A stretch of DNA of 64,000 nt from a virus. Position 1 is the first letter of the stretch. Each line of letters opens with the position of its first letter. The position numbers were made by a program, and so were the translations under genes. The stretch lies in IMG/VR virus record IMGVR_UViG_3300046463_000164. One strand, given 5' to 3'. Shown piece after piece: positions 36,297 to 46,326 of this stretch. Below the pieces are notes generated by a model that saw only the letters and a program-made list of their open reading frames with translations, had not been told where the DNA came from and ran no database searches.

Positions 36297-39200
36297 ATGC
36301 AAAAGACAAACACTAATGTTTCCCCAATCTTCGATGACTTCGATGAAACAAAGAATTACCATCGTATTCTTTTCAATGCTGGGAAGGCAGTACAAGCTCG
36401 TGAACTAACGCAGGCTCAAACCATCCTTCAGAATCAGGTTGAGAGAATTGGTAAGCACTTGTTTACTGAAGGATCGATGGTTGTTCCTGGCGGCATTAAG
36501 GCAATTGAATCTCAAGATTACGCTAAGATCACTTTGAACACCGGCTCGTCATATACCGATTTTGCTGGCGTTTCTGATCTGTTTGCTAAGTCTACAACAA
36601 GCGGAGTAGTATTCCAGGTTTCAAAAACGTTCGATGTTGACGGTACTGATCCTGTGACGCTGTTTATCGATCTGCTAACACCGGGTTCTAATCAAGAAAA
36701 GACTTTCACCATCGGTGAGACGATTCAGATTTACACTCACGCAAGCAACGGCGCTGAACAAGCACTAGCCTTGGCAACACCTACTGAGTTGGGTGAAGGC
36801 GCTTGGATCAAGGTTCAAGCGGGTATCTATTTCGTCCGTGGTATGTTCATCCGCACCGACGATCAAGACTACGTTGTGTCTAAGTACACAACCAGCCAGA
36901 CTAAGAAGGTAGGTTTCCACGTTACTGAACAAATCGTAACAGCGTCTGACGATCCATCTTTGTACTCTAACGCTAACGGCTTTCCTAATCAGAATGCTGA
37001 AGGTGCGTCGCGTCTAAAGATTACCCTAGTATTGACTGGCCTGGATATCGATGCGGTCGATCCGGACTTCATTGAAATCGCCCGTTTTGACGGCGGTTCT
37101 TTGTCGTCTCAAATCGACTACACCAGCTACTCGATCATCGAACAAGCTATTGCTCAACGCACCTACGAAACCAGCGGCGATTACATCGTGTCTGATTTCG
37201 GTATGGATATCAAGGAACATTTGAAGACCGGTACCAACGGTGGCGTGTATGATGCAGCTAGTGGTGGCGATGCAACGAAGCTAGTGGCGGCTATGAAGCC
37301 AGGAGTTGGATACGTTAAGGGTTATCGTGTAGAGAACATCGGCATTCAAAATGTTCCCTTCGACAAGGCTCGTGATACTGCATTCTTGAACAACGCGGCT
37401 TACACAGCTGACTACGGTCAATATATTCTATTGACAAACGTTAAGTCTTTGCCGGATATCGACATTAAGAAGCAAATTCTGCTTCTGGATTCTACGTCTG
37501 CTCAGATTGGTACTGCTCGTGTTCGTGCGATGCGTTTGGATGGTTCATACTACCGTCTATACATTTTCGATCTGAACTTCAACTCGGGTAAGGGCGTGTC
37601 CGACGCGACGAAAGTGAAATACACTGATTCGTCTAGTTTGTTCACTGCTGATATTGTACTACCTGCTACGATGTACAACACTGGATCAAGCACGTTGCTA
37701 TTCAAGCTACCTGTTCCGGCTATCAAGTCGTTGTTCCAGACTGGTGTTGGTGGAGATACGTCTTACACGGTTTTGCGTACATTCAACTTGACGACAGACT
37801 CTAATGGTAACGTTTCGGCTTCTGCCAACGCCAACGAGTTCTTCGGTCCGGTCGATAACATCAGCTACATGATCGGTTTGACCGGTGTGGCTAACGTTGG
37901 TACTCTGTTTAATCCTTTGACGTGCGTCACCCTCAGCGGAACTATTGCTGGGACTACGATGACGGTGGCTCTAGGCGCAGGAAATGCTAACAAGGCGATC
38001 AAGGTTATTGCTCCGATTCTGAAGAATCAGACTACGCAAAAGACCAAGACTTTGTTGACTGTGACGGATGAAGTTATCAGCTTCCCTGGCACTAACCAAC
38101 AAGCTATGTCTAAGGCGGATATCTACAAGATCATTTCGGTCACGGATAGCACGACCGGCGCTGATTTGACTTCTCAATTCAGCTATGATAACGGTCAACG
38201 CGATAACTGGTATCAGAACGGTAAGTTGATCCGAGTAGATGGACAGTTGGTGATTCAAAGTGTCAAGGTAACGTATCAGTACTTTGCTCATTCTGCTGGC
38301 GATTACTTCTCGATTGACTCATATGTGGGTCTAACTCGTGATGGTATTCCTACGTACAACAACAGCAATCTGGGCGACTTCATCGATTTCCGTCCTTTGA
38401 AAGACGCCAGCGGCAACTTTACATCTTCTACGGTGTACGGTGAAATCATCAAGCCGGGTGACACTATCAGAGCGGACATCACGTATTACTTGCCGCGTGC
38501 TGACCTTATTGTCGTAAACTCTAAGGGTGAGTTCAAGAACGTGCGTGGAATTCCTAGCTTGAAGGCTACGGTTCCTGATACTCCGGCAGATGCTATGAAG
38601 TTGTATGAGTTGTATTTGAACGCATATACTTCTACAACGGCTGACGTATCCATCAAGTCTGTGGACAACCGCAGATATACGATGCGTGATATCGGTAAGC
38701 TTGAGAATCGTATTGCTAACGTTGAGTACTACACCACTCTATCTGCGCTAGAATCAAAAGCTAACAAGGTAGAGGTACTAGACCCGACTACAGGTAACAA
38801 CCGCTTTAAGAACGGTTTCGCAGTAGATGGCTTCACAGACTTTAGTTTGGCGGACGTTAATGCTACCGACTGGTCTGCGTCTTTGGATTTGAATGTAGGA
38901 CAGCTGAACCCGGCTTTCGCTGAGAACGGCGTTGATATGGCAATGAGTTCGTTGTCTGCGGCAACTAAGCGCACGACCGTCTTTATGCCTGCATATACCG
39001 AAGTTGCTGCGGTTTCTCAACCGTATGCCACGACGACTATTAACATCAACCCTTATGCAGTATATGGTTGGATCGGTTCTATCAATCTAACTCCTGATCG
39101 TGATTACTGGACTGACGTATATTACAACCAGCCTATCATCATCAACAACACGATTGATTACACCGGCGGTCAGCCTCAAGGAACCTTCTGGGGTTCTTGG

Positions 39201-41105
39201 ATCAAGACTACCCGCGATATGTTGGGTGGACACAAGGCTTGGGCTTCGTCTCAGTATGTGCAGTATCAATATCAGTATCAAACAACGGTATATACTCAAG
39301 ACTTCAGTTCTCAAACTGATAACTTGGTGTCTACGTCGATCATTCCGTTTATGCGTTCGATTCCTATTACCATCAAGGGTACTGGTTTCCGTCCGTTCAC
39401 GCGTTTGTATCCGTTCTTTGATAACGTCAACATTACGGTTGACTGCAGACCTACCGCTGGTAACTTTGGTGATGCTCTGTATACTGATGCTAACGGTACG
39501 TTGAATGCGATCTTCCAGGTGCCTTGCCGCGCTGATCGTAGATTTGCGGTGGGAACTTCGGTATTGGTTTTGACTGATGATCCTTCTAACACCAACGATC
39601 CTAACGTGATGACTACTTATGGCTCGACAACCTTCAGCTCAGGCGGTATTGCTGAAACACGTCAGGTCACGGTTACGAACACTAAGGTATTGACGGCCTC
39701 TACGGTTGCCGTTCAGACTGGCGGAGTTCAGTATATTGACCCAATTGCACAAACGTTCATTATGCCTTCTAAGGGCGGTTCGTATGCAACCAAAATCAAT
39801 ATCTACTTTGCTACTAAGTCAACGACTGTTCCGGTTACGTTGCAGTTGAGAACGGCTAACTCAGGTCTGCCTACCTCGACAGTTCTTGCTCAGGTTACGT
39901 TGTTGCCTAGCCAAGTTAATACGTCTGCCAACGGTACGGTTCCGACATCGTTTGTGTTTAATGATCCTGTGTATTTGTTGGAAGGTTCTGAATATGCTAT
40001 CGTGCTGACAGCTGACACTCAATCCTATAACGTGTATATTGCACGCCAAGGACAGAATGTTATCGGTTCCGCTATGGCGTTGTCTAAACAAGCCTACACT
40101 GGCGTGTTCTTGACATCTTCGAATAGCTCTACATGGAATCCTGATCAGACAGCTGACTTGAAGTTTGATATCTACCGCGCATCGTTCTCTACAAGCACCC
40201 CTGGTATTGTAGTGTTCGACAACGTAGCTCAAATGAATGTTCCGCTGGCTTTCAACGCAGTCACGACCACGAGCGGTTCTAATAACCTAGTTGTTACTTC
40301 CAAGTCTCACGGTTTGCTAGCAGGCGATAAGGTTACGTTGTATGGGTTTGTAACAGGCAACAACATCAACGCTTCTCAGATCAACGGTGTTCAGTTCACA
40401 GTGTTGGCTTCTGATGTGGATACGTTCACAATTCAGGCTCCTACTGCGGCTAATGCTACTGGTTCGGTTGGTGGAAGCGCTATGACGGCTTCGGTTAATT
40501 CTCCGTTTAACGTGTTCAGCGGTAACGTTGATTCGTTTGTTCCAGATGGTTCTACGTTGTCTTGGGAGTATCAGTACACTTCTCAAACAACGCGAGTTAA
40601 GTCTGGCTGGATCAAGTTTAATCCGGGCGATAACAACACGTTGCCTTCTGAAGCAGTAGTCAGAGGCGCAGGAGACTTCCAATACAGAGCTACGATGACT
40701 ACTACGGTAGATAATCTTGCTCCTAGTATTGAAGCCTCTGGTATCAACGGTATCCTGATTAGCTTGCGGGTTGATGCTACGAAGAAGATTTTCAACTATG
40801 TAACAACGAACATCTTGTTCAACAACCCAACTACGCACTCTAGGTTCTACATTGGCGCTAAGTTGCCGGGTTCTTCGGTAATGAATGTATACATCAAGCA
40901 GATCACTTCTGCGGATCAAGATGTTGCGGCGACAGCGTGGACTCAGTTGACTCCGACTACGCCTGTAACCAACAGCGAGAACTTTGTTGAGTATGAGTAT
41001 GATTATGATGCCAACCTAGTTGGATATAAGGTTAAGGTGGAATTGCTAGGCAGTAACGTCAACCCGCCTCTGTTGTCTGATATCAGAACTATCTCTTTTG
41101 CGTAA
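36297..41105 (+). CDS. large virion structural protein (VrlC/DUF4815-like)
   Basis: DDFD..KNY.R.LF....VQARELTQ.Q.ILQNQ, RYTMRDIGKLE.RI.N.EYYT and DPIAQTF motifs. Confidence 0.85.
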   Translation: MQKTNTNVSPIFDDFDETKNYHRILFNAGKAVQARELTQAQTILQNQVERIGKHLFTEGSMVVPGGIKAIESQDYAKITLNTGSSYTDFAGVSDLFAKSTTSGVVFQVSKTFDVDGTDPVTLFIDLLTPGSNQEKTFTIGETIQIYTHASNGAEQALALATPTELGEGAWIKVQAGIYFVRGMFIRTDDQDYVVSKYTTSQTKKVGFHVTEQIVTASDDPSLYSNANGFPNQNAEGASRLKITLVLTGLDIDAVDPDFIEIARFDGGSLSSQIDYTSYSIIEQAIAQRTYETSGDYIVSDFGMDIKEHLKTGTNGGVYDAASGGDATKLVAAMKPGVGYVKGYRVENIGIQNVPFDKARDTAFLNNAAYTADYGQYILLTNVKSLPDIDIKKQILLLDSTSAQIGTARVRAMRLDGSYYRLYIFDLNFNSGKGVSDATKVKYTDSSSLFTADIVLPATMYNTGSSTLLFKLPVPAIKSLFQTGVGGDTSYTVLRTFNLTTDSNGNVSASANANEFFGPVDNISYMIGLTGVANVGTLFNPLTCVTLSGTIAGTTMTVALGAGNANKAIKVIAPILKNQTTQKTKTLLTVTDEVISFPGTNQQAMSKADIYKIISVTDSTTGADLTSQFSYDNGQRDNWYQNGKLIRVDGQLVIQSVKVTYQYFAHSAGDYFSIDSYVGLTRDGIPTYNNSNLGDFIDFRPLKDASGNFTSSTVYGEIIKPGDTIRADITYYLPRADLIVVNSKGEFKNVRGIPSLKATVPDTPADAMKLYELYLNAYTSTTADVSIKSVDNRRYTMRDIGKLENRIANVEYYTTLSALESKANKVEVLDPTTGNNRFKNGFAVDGFTDFSLADVNATDWSASLDLNVGQLNPAFAENGVDMAMSSLSAATKRTTVFMPAYTEVAAVSQPYATTTININPYAVYGWIGSINLTPDRDYWTDVYYNQPIIINNTIDYTGGQPQGTFWGSWIKTTRDMLGGHKAWASSQYVQYQYQYQTTVYTQDFSSQTDNLVSTSIIPFMRSIPITIKGTGFRPFTRLYPFFDNVNITVDCRPTAGNFGDALYTDANGTLNAIFQVPCRADRRFAVGTSVLVLTDDPSNTNDPNVMTTYGSTTFSSGGIAETRQVTVTNTKVLTASTVAVQTGGVQYIDPIAQTFIMPSKGGSYATKINIYFATKSTTVPVTLQLRTANSGLPTSTVLAQVTLLPSQVNTSANGTVPTSFVFNDPVYLLEGSEYAIVLTADTQSYNVYIARQGQNVIGSAMALSKQAYTGVFLTSSNSSTWNPDQTADLKFDIYRASFSTSTPGIVVFDNVAQMNVPLAFNAVTTTSGSNNLVVTSKSHGLLAGDKVTLYGFVTGNNINASQINGVQFTVLASDVDTFTIQAPTAANATGSVGGSAMTASVNSPFNVFSGNVDSFVPDGSTLSWEYQYTSQTTRVKSGWIKFNPGDNNTLPSEAVVRGAGDFQYRATMTTTVDNLAPSIEASGINGILISLRVDATKKIFNYVTTNILFNNPTTHSRFYIGAKLPGSSVMNVYIKQITSADQDVAATAWTQLTPTTPVTNSENFVEYEYDYDANLVGYKVKVELLGSNVNPPLLSDIRTISFA

Positions 41106-41168
41106 AACTTAAATAAGAAAGAAGGGACTGAGAGCAATCTCAGTCCCTATTTCCATAGGAGAATTGAA

Positions 41169-41375
41169 ATGATTAGAGTGCAGGATGAGCCTGATCTGGT
41201 TAGAGCCCCTGACGGCACTATTCAGAATATCAATCAAACAGAATATCAAGCCTACATCGCCAGGCGAAAGAGCGTGATGGAAACAAAGAACAGATTAGAT
41301 AACCTGGAAAAGGATATGTCGGGAATCAAAGATTCTCTTGCTACAATTCTCCAGCTTTTGACAGAAAGGAAGTAA
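41169..41375 (+). CDS. small coiled-coil protein
   Basis: ORF track; precedes gp13. Confidence 0.7.
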   Translation: MIRVQDEPDLVRAPDGTIQNINQTEYQAYIARRKSVMETKNRLDNLEKDMSGIKDSLATILQLLTERK

Positions 41376-41376
41376 T

Positions 41377-42147
41377 ATGAAACGCGTTCAGAGTAGGGCA
41401 GAACTAAAGCATAAGATTCTATTGGGTCTAGGCCACCCATATATCCGTGTTGATCTTTCGGATGAACATATTGATATGGCGATAGATACATCGCTACGTC
41501 ATTTCTTCAAGTATAGTCCTTATGGCTCATTTGAGAACCATTATCTTTATACAATCACAGATCAAGATGTCACCAACGGCTATATTCCGATGCCTCGTAA
41601 TATCGACGCTGTGGTGGAAGTTATTCAAGCTGGTAATACGCTGAGCGATCTATCGTTTGCTACCGCTGAATATCAAATGACGCGCGAAACGTTTATGGCC
41701 GGCATGCGATTCAACAACGTATCTCTAGTGGATTTCGTTACGTTGAGACAGCGCCTAGAGAATACCATGAACATCATTCAAGCTCCATTTGGGTTTGAAT
41801 TCGTTAGATATCAACGTAGATTGATTCCTACATTCACTCTGGTGTCTGGCGGAACTATCGCGTTGAGAGTGTATGAGAACGTTGATCCTGAAGCGGCTGA
41901 CGTGGGTGTTGATCCATCTTTGGTATTGCCTGCTGCCGATCTTTGGGACGATGAGCTTTTGCTATCCTTGTCTACGGCTCAGTGTAAGATGATCTGGGGT
42001 AATATCCTGAAGAAGTTCGGTCAGGTTGTTCTACCAGGCGGGGTTACGCTTGACGGGCAGAAGATGTATGAGGAAGGCAAGTCAGAGTTTGACGGAGCTA
42101 CGAGAGAAATGCTTAACTCAAGTCCTATGGACTTCTTCATGGGGTAA
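41377..42147 (+). CDS. 13: neck protein (gp13)
   Basis: LG.P.I.V and WG..L.KF..V.LPGGVTL.G motifs. Confidence 0.88.
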   Translation: MKRVQSRAELKHKILLGLGHPYIRVDLSDEHIDMAIDTSLRHFFKYSPYGSFENHYLYTITDQDVTNGYIPMPRNIDAVVEVIQAGNTLSDLSFATAEYQMTRETFMAGMRFNNVSLVDFVTLRQRLENTMNIIQAPFGFEFVRYQRRLIPTFTLVSGGTIALRVYENVDPEAADVGVDPSLVLPAADLWDDELLLSLSTAQCKMIWGNILKKFGQVVLPGGVTLDGQKMYEEGKSEFDGATREMLNSSPMDFFMG

Positions 42148-42150
42148 TGT

Positions 42151-42399
42151 ATGAGCTATCGTTCAATCTATTCAGGTCAACAAATTGACCTGATTCTAGC
42201 TTCGATTAAGAATAAGTTGGATAACTCTGGAACCTATACTGTGTTGGGGCTACCCGCTTCGGCCACAGAAGGTACATTTGCCTTTGCTAGCAACGGGCGT
42301 AAATCTGGAGAAACCGCAGGAAATGGTACTGGCGTGCCAGTCTACTTCAGCAATGGGGCTTGGCGGGTATTCTCAACTGATGCCGCAGTGATGGCCTAA
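42151..42399 (+). CDS. small virion protein (fibre-like)
   Basis: LP.....G......GRK.GE..G.GTG.PVY. Confidence 0.6.
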   Translation: MSYRSIYSGQQIDLILASIKNKLDNSGTYTVLGLPASATEGTFAFASNGRKSGETAGNGTGVPVYFSNGAWRVFSTDAAVMA

Positions 42400-42427
42400 A
42401 TAAGTAATATATATTTGGAGGTTCAGC

Positions 42428-43084
42428 ATGGCTATGAATTTGATGGGGCAATATAAAAGGCCCAATGAGCAAGATTTGGTTGCTGATTTGATTGAAGAAG
42501 CAATCGAACAACGCGGGGTTCAAGTCCGTTATATTCTACGCGACATGCTGAACCCAGACGAATTATTTGGTGAGGCGCCCATGTCCAAGTTTGATAAGGG
42601 ATTTGAGCTGCCTATGTTTATCGAATCGGTGGAGCACTTCAACGGAAACGGTGATGTGTTTGATGAGTTCGGTATTAACAAAATTGACTCTTCCATCTTC
42701 CAGGTCGGAGCTAGAAAGTTCAGAGTGGAAGTAACTTCAGATACTCCTGAAGTTGAAAGACCCAGAGAAGGTGACTTGATCTATCTCCCTTTCTCTGATT
42801 CCTTATGGGAAATCAATAAGGTTAAGATGGACATTAAGTATTACCAACTAGGTCGCAATTACACTTACCGTTTGGTATGTAAGCTGTTCGAATACAGCCA
42901 CGAAGAAGTAAACAACCCAGAAAGCGATTTCACAGAATATTCTACCATCACTGAACTCGATGATGTTGGATTGAAACGCCTATTGGAAGTTGGTCCTGGG
43001 CAAGAGATTGATGAGAATGGTCACATTCAACAGGCTCTTGAACCTTATCGTACAACACCCGCTGACGACGCATTTGGATTCTAA
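42428..43084 (+). CDS. 14: neck protein (gp14)
   Basis: EQ.L...LI.E.I, RPREGDLIY.P and YQLG..Y.Y.L.C.LFEYS.E motifs. Confidence 0.9.
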   Translation: MAMNLMGQYKRPNEQDLVADLIEEAIEQRGVQVRYILRDMLNPDELFGEAPMSKFDKGFELPMFIESVEHFNGNGDVFDEFGINKIDSSIFQVGARKFRVEVTSDTPEVERPREGDLIYLPFSDSLWEINKVKMDIKYYQLGRNYTYRLVCKLFEYSHEEVNNPESDFTEYSTITELDDVGLKRLLEVGPGQEIDENGHIQQALEPYRTTPADDAFGF

Positions 43085-43086
43085 TT

Positions 43087-43872
43087 ATGAGCGATACAAG
43101 TATTTTTGGTCTTGACCAGTATTTCTACCACGCATCCACTCGTCGCTACGTTGCTTTGTTCGGCACCTTATTCTCTGATTTGTATATCAAGAGAACGTCT
43201 ACTGATGGTAGCAAGGAAGATACCATCAAGGTGCCTATTCAATATGCAACCGGTAATATGTATCTTAAGGCGGCGCAAGATGTTGCTCTGAGAGAGAACA
43301 AGCAGCTCAGTCGTATTCTGCCTTCAATGGCATACTCTCTACAGAATATATACAAAGATGTTAGCCGCAAAACTAACCCGATGAATAGGTTGAAGGGACC
43401 AGCGGTCAGCGCCACTAATCAGAAGCAGTTTCAATACAACCGTGTTCCGTATAACTACATGTTCGAGTTGGTCATCAGAACTAAGAATACTGATGATATG
43501 CTACAATTGGTAGAACAGATTGTGCCCGCATTCGATGGCAACCTTTCTGTGACTATTCAAGATACCACTGGAGTTGATGTGGAGCAGGACATCATAATAG
43601 TGTTGGACGAAATTGCCATGTCTGATGATTATGATGAAGAAATGCAATCTAGATTGATTGAGTATAAGATCACGTTTGAACTAAAGGGCTATCTGTATAA
43701 GAGAACTCAGACAGGATTGGTGATCAAGGAAGTTGACATTCAGTTTGCCGACATTGATGACGCATCATTCATCTACGATGAGCAACCGTATGCTGACAAG
43801 TATCCTATTCAAGCTGAGCAAGATAATCTCAATAAGATGAGCACAGTGTTGGAAGGTCTCGGAGTTCAATAA
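43087..43872 (+). CDS. 15: tail sheath stabiliser/terminator (gp15)
   Basis: YFYH...R.YV..FG.LF, VPI.Y, VPYN..F.L and Q..EQI.P.F motifs. Confidence 0.9.
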   Translation: MSDTSIFGLDQYFYHASTRRYVALFGTLFSDLYIKRTSTDGSKEDTIKVPIQYATGNMYLKAAQDVALRENKQLSRILPSMAYSLQNIYKDVSRKTNPMNRLKGPAVSATNQKQFQYNRVPYNYMFELVIRTKNTDDMLQLVEQIVPAFDGNLSVTIQDTTGVDVEQDIIIVLDEIAMSDDYDEEMQSRLIEYKITFELKGYLYKRTQTGLVIKEVDIQFADIDDASFIYDEQPYADKYPIQAEQDNLNKMSTVLEGLGVQ

Positions 43873-43886
43873 AAAGGAAAATAAAA

Positions 43887-44459
43887 ATGACTACAATGTC
43901 CGAAAGGTTAAAAGATACCTTGGGTATGCTGGAATCTCGCGGCGTTGAGATCAAGCGTGCTAATAGTACTGAGTTTGATATTGATGAAGATGGAGTGATC
44001 GGCGGACACCCAGGCAGCGGCGGCGGTGCCCTGATCCCCTTCAAACCAAAAGAAGTGGTTACTTCGGTCCCAGAAACAGAGAATTCTGATATTCGGGACG
44101 ACTATATCACTTCAAGAAATATTACCCATACCCTGATTGATATGGCTGGTAGTGCTCTTGAGGGCGCTCTCAGCGTAGCTATTGAAACTCAACACCCAAA
44201 GGCTTACACGGTGTTTAACGAACTAGCTACCACAATGAGAGGTTTGTCTAAGGATTTGCTTGAGATGCAGAAAATCTACAAGGAAATCTCTGCTGAGAAA
44301 GCGGCTAAAGCGGCTGCTGAGAAGGCGGCTAATGTCACTCAGAACAACGTGACCAACATCACCACTAACGCTTCTCTATCTGAAGTGTTGAAGATGTTGA
44401 AAGAAGGCGGTGGTGATCCGACCCCGATTCAAGCGGTTGATGAGGTGATAGATGTTTGA
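43887..44459 (+). CDS. 16: terminase small subunit (gp16)
   Basis: DDY..SR, HPKAY.V and NNVT motifs; precedes gp17. Confidence 0.8.
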   Translation: MTTMSERLKDTLGMLESRGVEIKRANSTEFDIDEDGVIGGHPGSGGGALIPFKPKEVVTSVPETENSDIRDDYITSRNITHTLIDMAGSALEGALSVAIETQHPKAYTVFNELATTMRGLSKDLLEMQKIYKEISAEKAAKAAAEKAANVTQNNVTNITTNASLSEVLKMLKEGGGDPTPIQAVDEVIDV

Positions 44460-46275
44460 GAAGAAAGCGATTCAGTATGCTCCGTTTAAGGATGGTGCGG
44501 GTCATCCTTTTCCGGTTGAAGACATTATGTTGCCGTATAAAGACACCTACAACGGTAATATCCTGATCAAAAAGGCATTTGTCAAATCTGAGCTTTCAAT
44601 GAATCACATCATTGAAGCGGCAAGGTGTGAGAAAGACCCGATTTACTTCATCGAGAACTATTGTCGTATTGTTTCTCTGGATGACGGTATCATTCCTTTC
44701 AAGCTGTTTGATTATCAGAAGAAGATGATCAAAATGTATGCTGAGAATCGATTCAGCTTGACGCTTACTGCCCGTCAGATGGGTAAGACAGCAGCGATGG
44801 CTGCGTTCATTCTTTGGTTTGCCATCTTCCACCCAACTAAGACCATTGCCGTTCTGGCTAATAAGGGTGAACAGGCTCAGGAAATTATGGACCGTATTCG
44901 TATGGCCTTTGAGTACTTGCCTTTCTTCTTACAGCACGGCGTTAAGGTATACAACAAGCGTCGTATCGAGTTCGACAATGGCTCGATCATTTTCTCAGCA
45001 GCAACTTCTGCTTCTGGTATTCGTGGACGTTCTGTTGACCTTTGTTATATTGACGAAGCAGCGTTCATCGAAAACGACTTGACATTCTACGAATCAACTT
45101 ACCCGGTTATTACGTCTGGTAAGGAGTCGCGCGTTATTATGACGACAACGCCTCGTGGTGCTCGTGGTATGTTTTATATGCTTTGGCGGGATTCTCTCGC
45201 AAATAGAAACTACTACACCAGACTTGAAGTTATCTGGGATGCTCACCCGAAACGCGATGAACGTTGGAAAGAAGAAACCATCGCCAACATTGGATATTCT
45301 CGATTCGCCCAGGAGTTCTCTTGTAAGTTCCAAGGGTCTTCAGGCACTCTTATCCCAACCGAAGTGTTGGAAAGAATGCAGTGGATCAACCCTATTCAAG
45401 AAGATGAGTATTTCAAAGTCTACTTGGAATACCAACACAAGCACGTTGAGATTCCTGATCCTGAGGATGAAACTGGCCAAAGGAAAATTAAGGTTGCAAT
45501 GCCTGTTGATCCAACTAAGGACAAGCCAAGAAAGTATCTTGCTATCTCGGACCCGGCTGGGGGATTAGGACAAGACTATTCAGTATGTACCGTATTGGAC
45601 GTTACTGAATATCCTTACAAAATCGCGGCTAAATATAGGAATAACAATATCAGCCCATTGCTGTTCCCGCATACAATTCTAAATATATGTATGACGTATG
45701 GCAATTGTCCTGTCCTCGTTGAAGCGAATAATGACGTAGGCGGTCAGGTTACATATATCTTGTATTATGAACTTGAATACGAGAATATGATTCTAACGTC
45801 TAACTCAGAACGCGCCATCGGCGGATTGAGAGAAGGCGGTAAAGGCAACGCTGCGCTACCTGGCGTGAAGACAACCAAAAAGGTTAAATCCATTGGATGT
45901 TCAAACCTCAAGACATTGCTTGAAAATGAGTATCTGGTTATTGAGGATCAGGAAACTATTGAAGAACTAGGCACATTCATCGCCAAGGGCGCAAGCTACG
46001 AAGCCGATGAAGAATGTCACGACGACACCGTAATGCCATTGGTGTTGTTTTCTTGGTTCATCAAGACCGAGCTTTTCAACGAATATTGTGGTAGTGATAT
46101 CGGCGCTGATCTCTATAGGAGAAACGTCAATATTGCTATGGAAAGTATTCTACCATTCGGCTACATTGAAATTGCAAATAATGAAGTCGTTGAGTATGCT
46201 GCAAATATTGGCGGTCACGCCATGAACGTAACTGAAAATAATATGATGTCGTTTGAACAATGGATGGCCCTGTAG
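44452..46275 (+). CDS. 17: terminase large subunit (gp17)
   Basis: DPIYFIENY, RQMGKT, YIDEAAF, TTP.G, QEF, DYS and HDD.VM motifs. Confidence 0.95.
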   Translation: MFEKKAIQYAPFKDGAGHPFPVEDIMLPYKDTYNGNILIKKAFVKSELSMNHIIEAARCEKDPIYFIENYCRIVSLDDGIIPFKLFDYQKKMIKMYAENRFSLTLTARQMGKTAAMAAFILWFAIFHPTKTIAVLANKGEQAQEIMDRIRMAFEYLPFFLQHGVKVYNKRRIEFDNGSIIFSAATSASGIRGRSVDLCYIDEAAFIENDLTFYESTYPVITSGKESRVIMTTTPRGARGMFYMLWRDSLANRNYYTRLEVIWDAHPKRDERWKEETIANIGYSRFAQEFSCKFQGSSGTLIPTEVLERMQWINPIQEDEYFKVYLEYQHKHVEIPDPEDETGQRKIKVAMPVDPTKDKPRKYLAISDPAGGLGQDYSVCTVLDVTEYPYKIAAKYRNNNISPLLFPHTILNICMTYGNCPVLVEANNDVGGQVTYILYYELEYENMILTSNSERAIGGLREGGKGNAALPGVKTTKKVKSIGCSNLKTLLENEYLVIEDQETIEELGTFIAKGASYEADEECHDDTVMPLVLFSWFIKTELFNEYCGSDIGADLYRRNVNIAMESILPFGYIEIANNEVVEYAANIGGHAMNVTENNMMSFEQWMAL

Positions 46276-46326
46276 GATACATCTAAATATTACTAGGTTG
46301 AACTTTAACAAGATAAAGGAAGATTT

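Noticed and set aside
44452-46275. Intein or intron in terminase
   Set aside because: The only insertion is a short charged loop; there are no intein splice motifs and the frame is continuous.
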